DNA of 57,295 nt, filler included, from Platydemus manokwari (lineage: Eukaryota), in NCBI GenBank assembly GCA_037951405.1. It is 5 parts of 5 records of this genome, joined end to end, with 100 filler letters (N's around TTAATTAATTAA, not from the genome) between each part and the next. Parts side by side here need not be neighbours in the genome. Positions count along the whole stretch, not along the records: positions 46,055 to 57,295 come from JBBMOY010822203.1; 4 more parts are not named here. One strand, given 5' to 3'. Both the position numbers and the translations under genes were made by a program. Shown here one piece after another: positions 55,131-57,295 of this stretch. The notes beneath the pieces are model-generated. The model saw nothing but the letters and a program-made list of their open reading frames with translations, searched no databases and had not been told where the DNA came from. Every line of letters starts with the position of its first letter. The stretch's first letter is position 1.

Positions 55131-55945
55131 AAAGAAATAAAATTAATCTCGGAAAATTTAAAAAATTTAAAATTCATAGAAGGTAAACACAAGTAGAATT
55201 TATAGAGATGATGAAGAAAAAATTGTTTGTACAGTTTAGTGGGAAATCAGAAGAACGATGGAATAATCTCCTTTAAAATACTAAGAATATTAAAATATCT
55301 CCGTTCTAAGAAAATCAACTAATGTTATTATTTTTGATGAAAGGTGGGACGAAAAAAAATTGTCTGTTTGAAGAAGAAGGGAATAATATTAATTGTTATA
55401 TAAGGAAATGTCTGATTTAATATGGCAATTCCCCAAAAAATTTAGATAAATATATTAAGTTAATTTTAAACTACCCGCTTTACCCTCGTAGTTTAGTTTA
55501 CATGAATATTTTGATACCAAGCAAATAATATTGGGGTTGGTGGTTATTTTACTTATGATTTCAAATATTCTCTAGAGATTGTGAGATATAGATCTCCAAG
55601 ATTTATTTTTGTATTTCTTGTTCAATATGTTAGTGGAAAAGGAAGTTGTATTGGAACAAAAGATGGAACTGTATTCTTGGATAATGTTCATAAATGTTCT
55701 TTTCGTTCTTTGAGAAAGAAATTGAATTTAATGACTACAAAACCCAGTTATTGATTTATGAATTTAATAAAAAATCAAAAAGGGAAAGTATTCTATCTAC
55801 TTAAATGATAAATTACCTAAATCAGATAAACTATATAAAATTAATTTATTTATTGGTTTATGTTTCCTAATGAACATCGAAGAGCAATCTCTTAGACTTT
55901 ATAGAGATTGATGAAAAAAAATAGAAATCATATATTTATTTGCAG

Positions 55946-56438
55946 AAAATTATCCTTATATATAAAGTCAACATTTCTGGCACTTTAATATGATAAGATT
56001 ATGTTGGTTGCTTTTTCAAAAGAATGAGCCAAATGAAAAAATTGAAATAGGGCTTATAATAAACACGCCCAGTATTGCGGCATATGATGGAAAAAATTAC
56101 ATAGTTGCTTATACAACTAGCAAAGCAGTTATTGCTGGAATGACATTGCCATTGGCTAGAGTTTTGGCTGGATTAGGTGTGAGAATAATGGCAGTTGCTC
56201 CTGGTCAGTAATGTATTGATTTACAAAAATATTTAAGGAACAAATTTCAAGGATTTTCTCCACTTCAATGGTACAAAATTGTTCAAAAAAATTGATTGAT
56301 GGATTAATAGCATCTGTTCTGTTTTCGAAACGATTAGGTCATCTATATGAATTCGCTCATTTAATACAAACCATTATTGAGAATCAAATATTGAATGGTG
56401 AAGTGATTAGACTTGATGGAGCACTGCGAACGATATAA
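55946..56438 (+). pseudogene. HSD17B10: HSD17B10/scully-like short-chain dehydrogenase, 3' half, two frameshifts
   Basis: VNISGT/NMIRL...GLIINTPSIAAYDG...AYTTSK...GMTLPLARVLA..GVRIMAVAPG|...KRLG..EFAHL...IIEN..LNGEVIRLDGALR. Intron 56204-56251. Single-T losses near 55984 and 56256. Confidence 0.85.
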
Positions 56439-57295
56439 CTTGATTTATTCAAATGTCGATTAACTTAATAATAAATAATAGTGCTATTATAATTAAATTA
56501 TATTTTCTCCTTTAAATACAATTTTCATTTTTCGACTTAATGAGTATTAAAATTCGTTCTTTCATTTACAATTTTCATAAGTGAATCAGTTTACTGTTGT
56601 GATGACATTTATTATAATTAAAATTTATGTCTTGCATTTCAAATAACCACTACTGAATTAAACCGATTTGAACTGACTATTCAAAAGTATCATAAATGTC
56701 ATGGGTCTTTGTATTCACCAAAGCGTTTCATAGAATTATAGAAGGTTTATTTAAATTAACTTTTAATCTACATTTAGTAACATAAAAACGATTCTTTTCA
56801 ATAGTTACGATTTTTTGCGAACAACTTTAGCTTGATTATGAATATCCAATTGTTCTTATAAAACAATTGGAGAAACACTCAAAATCTAAGAGGCTGATAT
56901 CATTTTTGAGTGTATGGTTCTACTATAAATTATGGACAAAATCAGCTTGTTGTGAAATTATCAATTAACACTTGCTTGGTATATGAAACGAAATTCCAAG
57001 AGAATTTGGAAATAAAAGTTATATATAAAAATATTAAACATATTCATAGATGTTTGTCTTTATTCATCTTGAGTTATTGAGCTAAACAAAAGCTGGGAAA
57101 TTAAATGTAAATAAGATAACACATAAAACTCAGAGTTTATCGGAAACAATTAAAATTTCATTTTCTCTATTACAATATATAATCATTTATCTTTTAAATA
57201 TTTTGGATTATTATAATTATTATTGAATGATAAATAGGGTAAATAAATTATGCTTTTAAATGAGAAATTATATAAAAAAATTTAGTTCCTAAAGT

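Overview
AT-rich eukaryotic genomic DNA with GT-AG introns, many only 43-60 nt. The composition and intron sizes suggest a triclad flatworm (planarian), but this is inference. The window is five contigs joined by artificial 100-nt spacers (44 N + TTAATTAATTAA + 44 N). Confident genes: a 9-exon DIDO1/PHF3-like gene (+, ~25.7-35.5 kb), the central exons of a TGFBRAP1/VPS3-like gene (+, 46.6-52.8 kb), and an intronless KLHL10-like BTB-BACK-Kelch gene nested antisense in one of its introns. There is also a 612-aa intronless orphan ORF and two small spliced orphan genes. Mobile DNA: a decayed Maverick/Polinton structural module (minor capsid, adenain-like protease, fibre-like gene), two hAT/Charlie-type elements, a CACTA/Tc1-like non-autonomous element, a three-copy CAC...GTG-ended repeat, and possible LTR relics. 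The most unusual feature is how much intergenic and intronic DNA reads as decayed, often intron-retaining remains of unrelated cellular genes (neprilysin-, Rab-, cadherin-, astacin-, HSD17B10-, receptor-L-, FN3-, Ig- and NACHT-like). All homologies were recognised by eye without searches, and the relic calls are low confidence. I cannot demonstrate a new biological system from the sequence alone.
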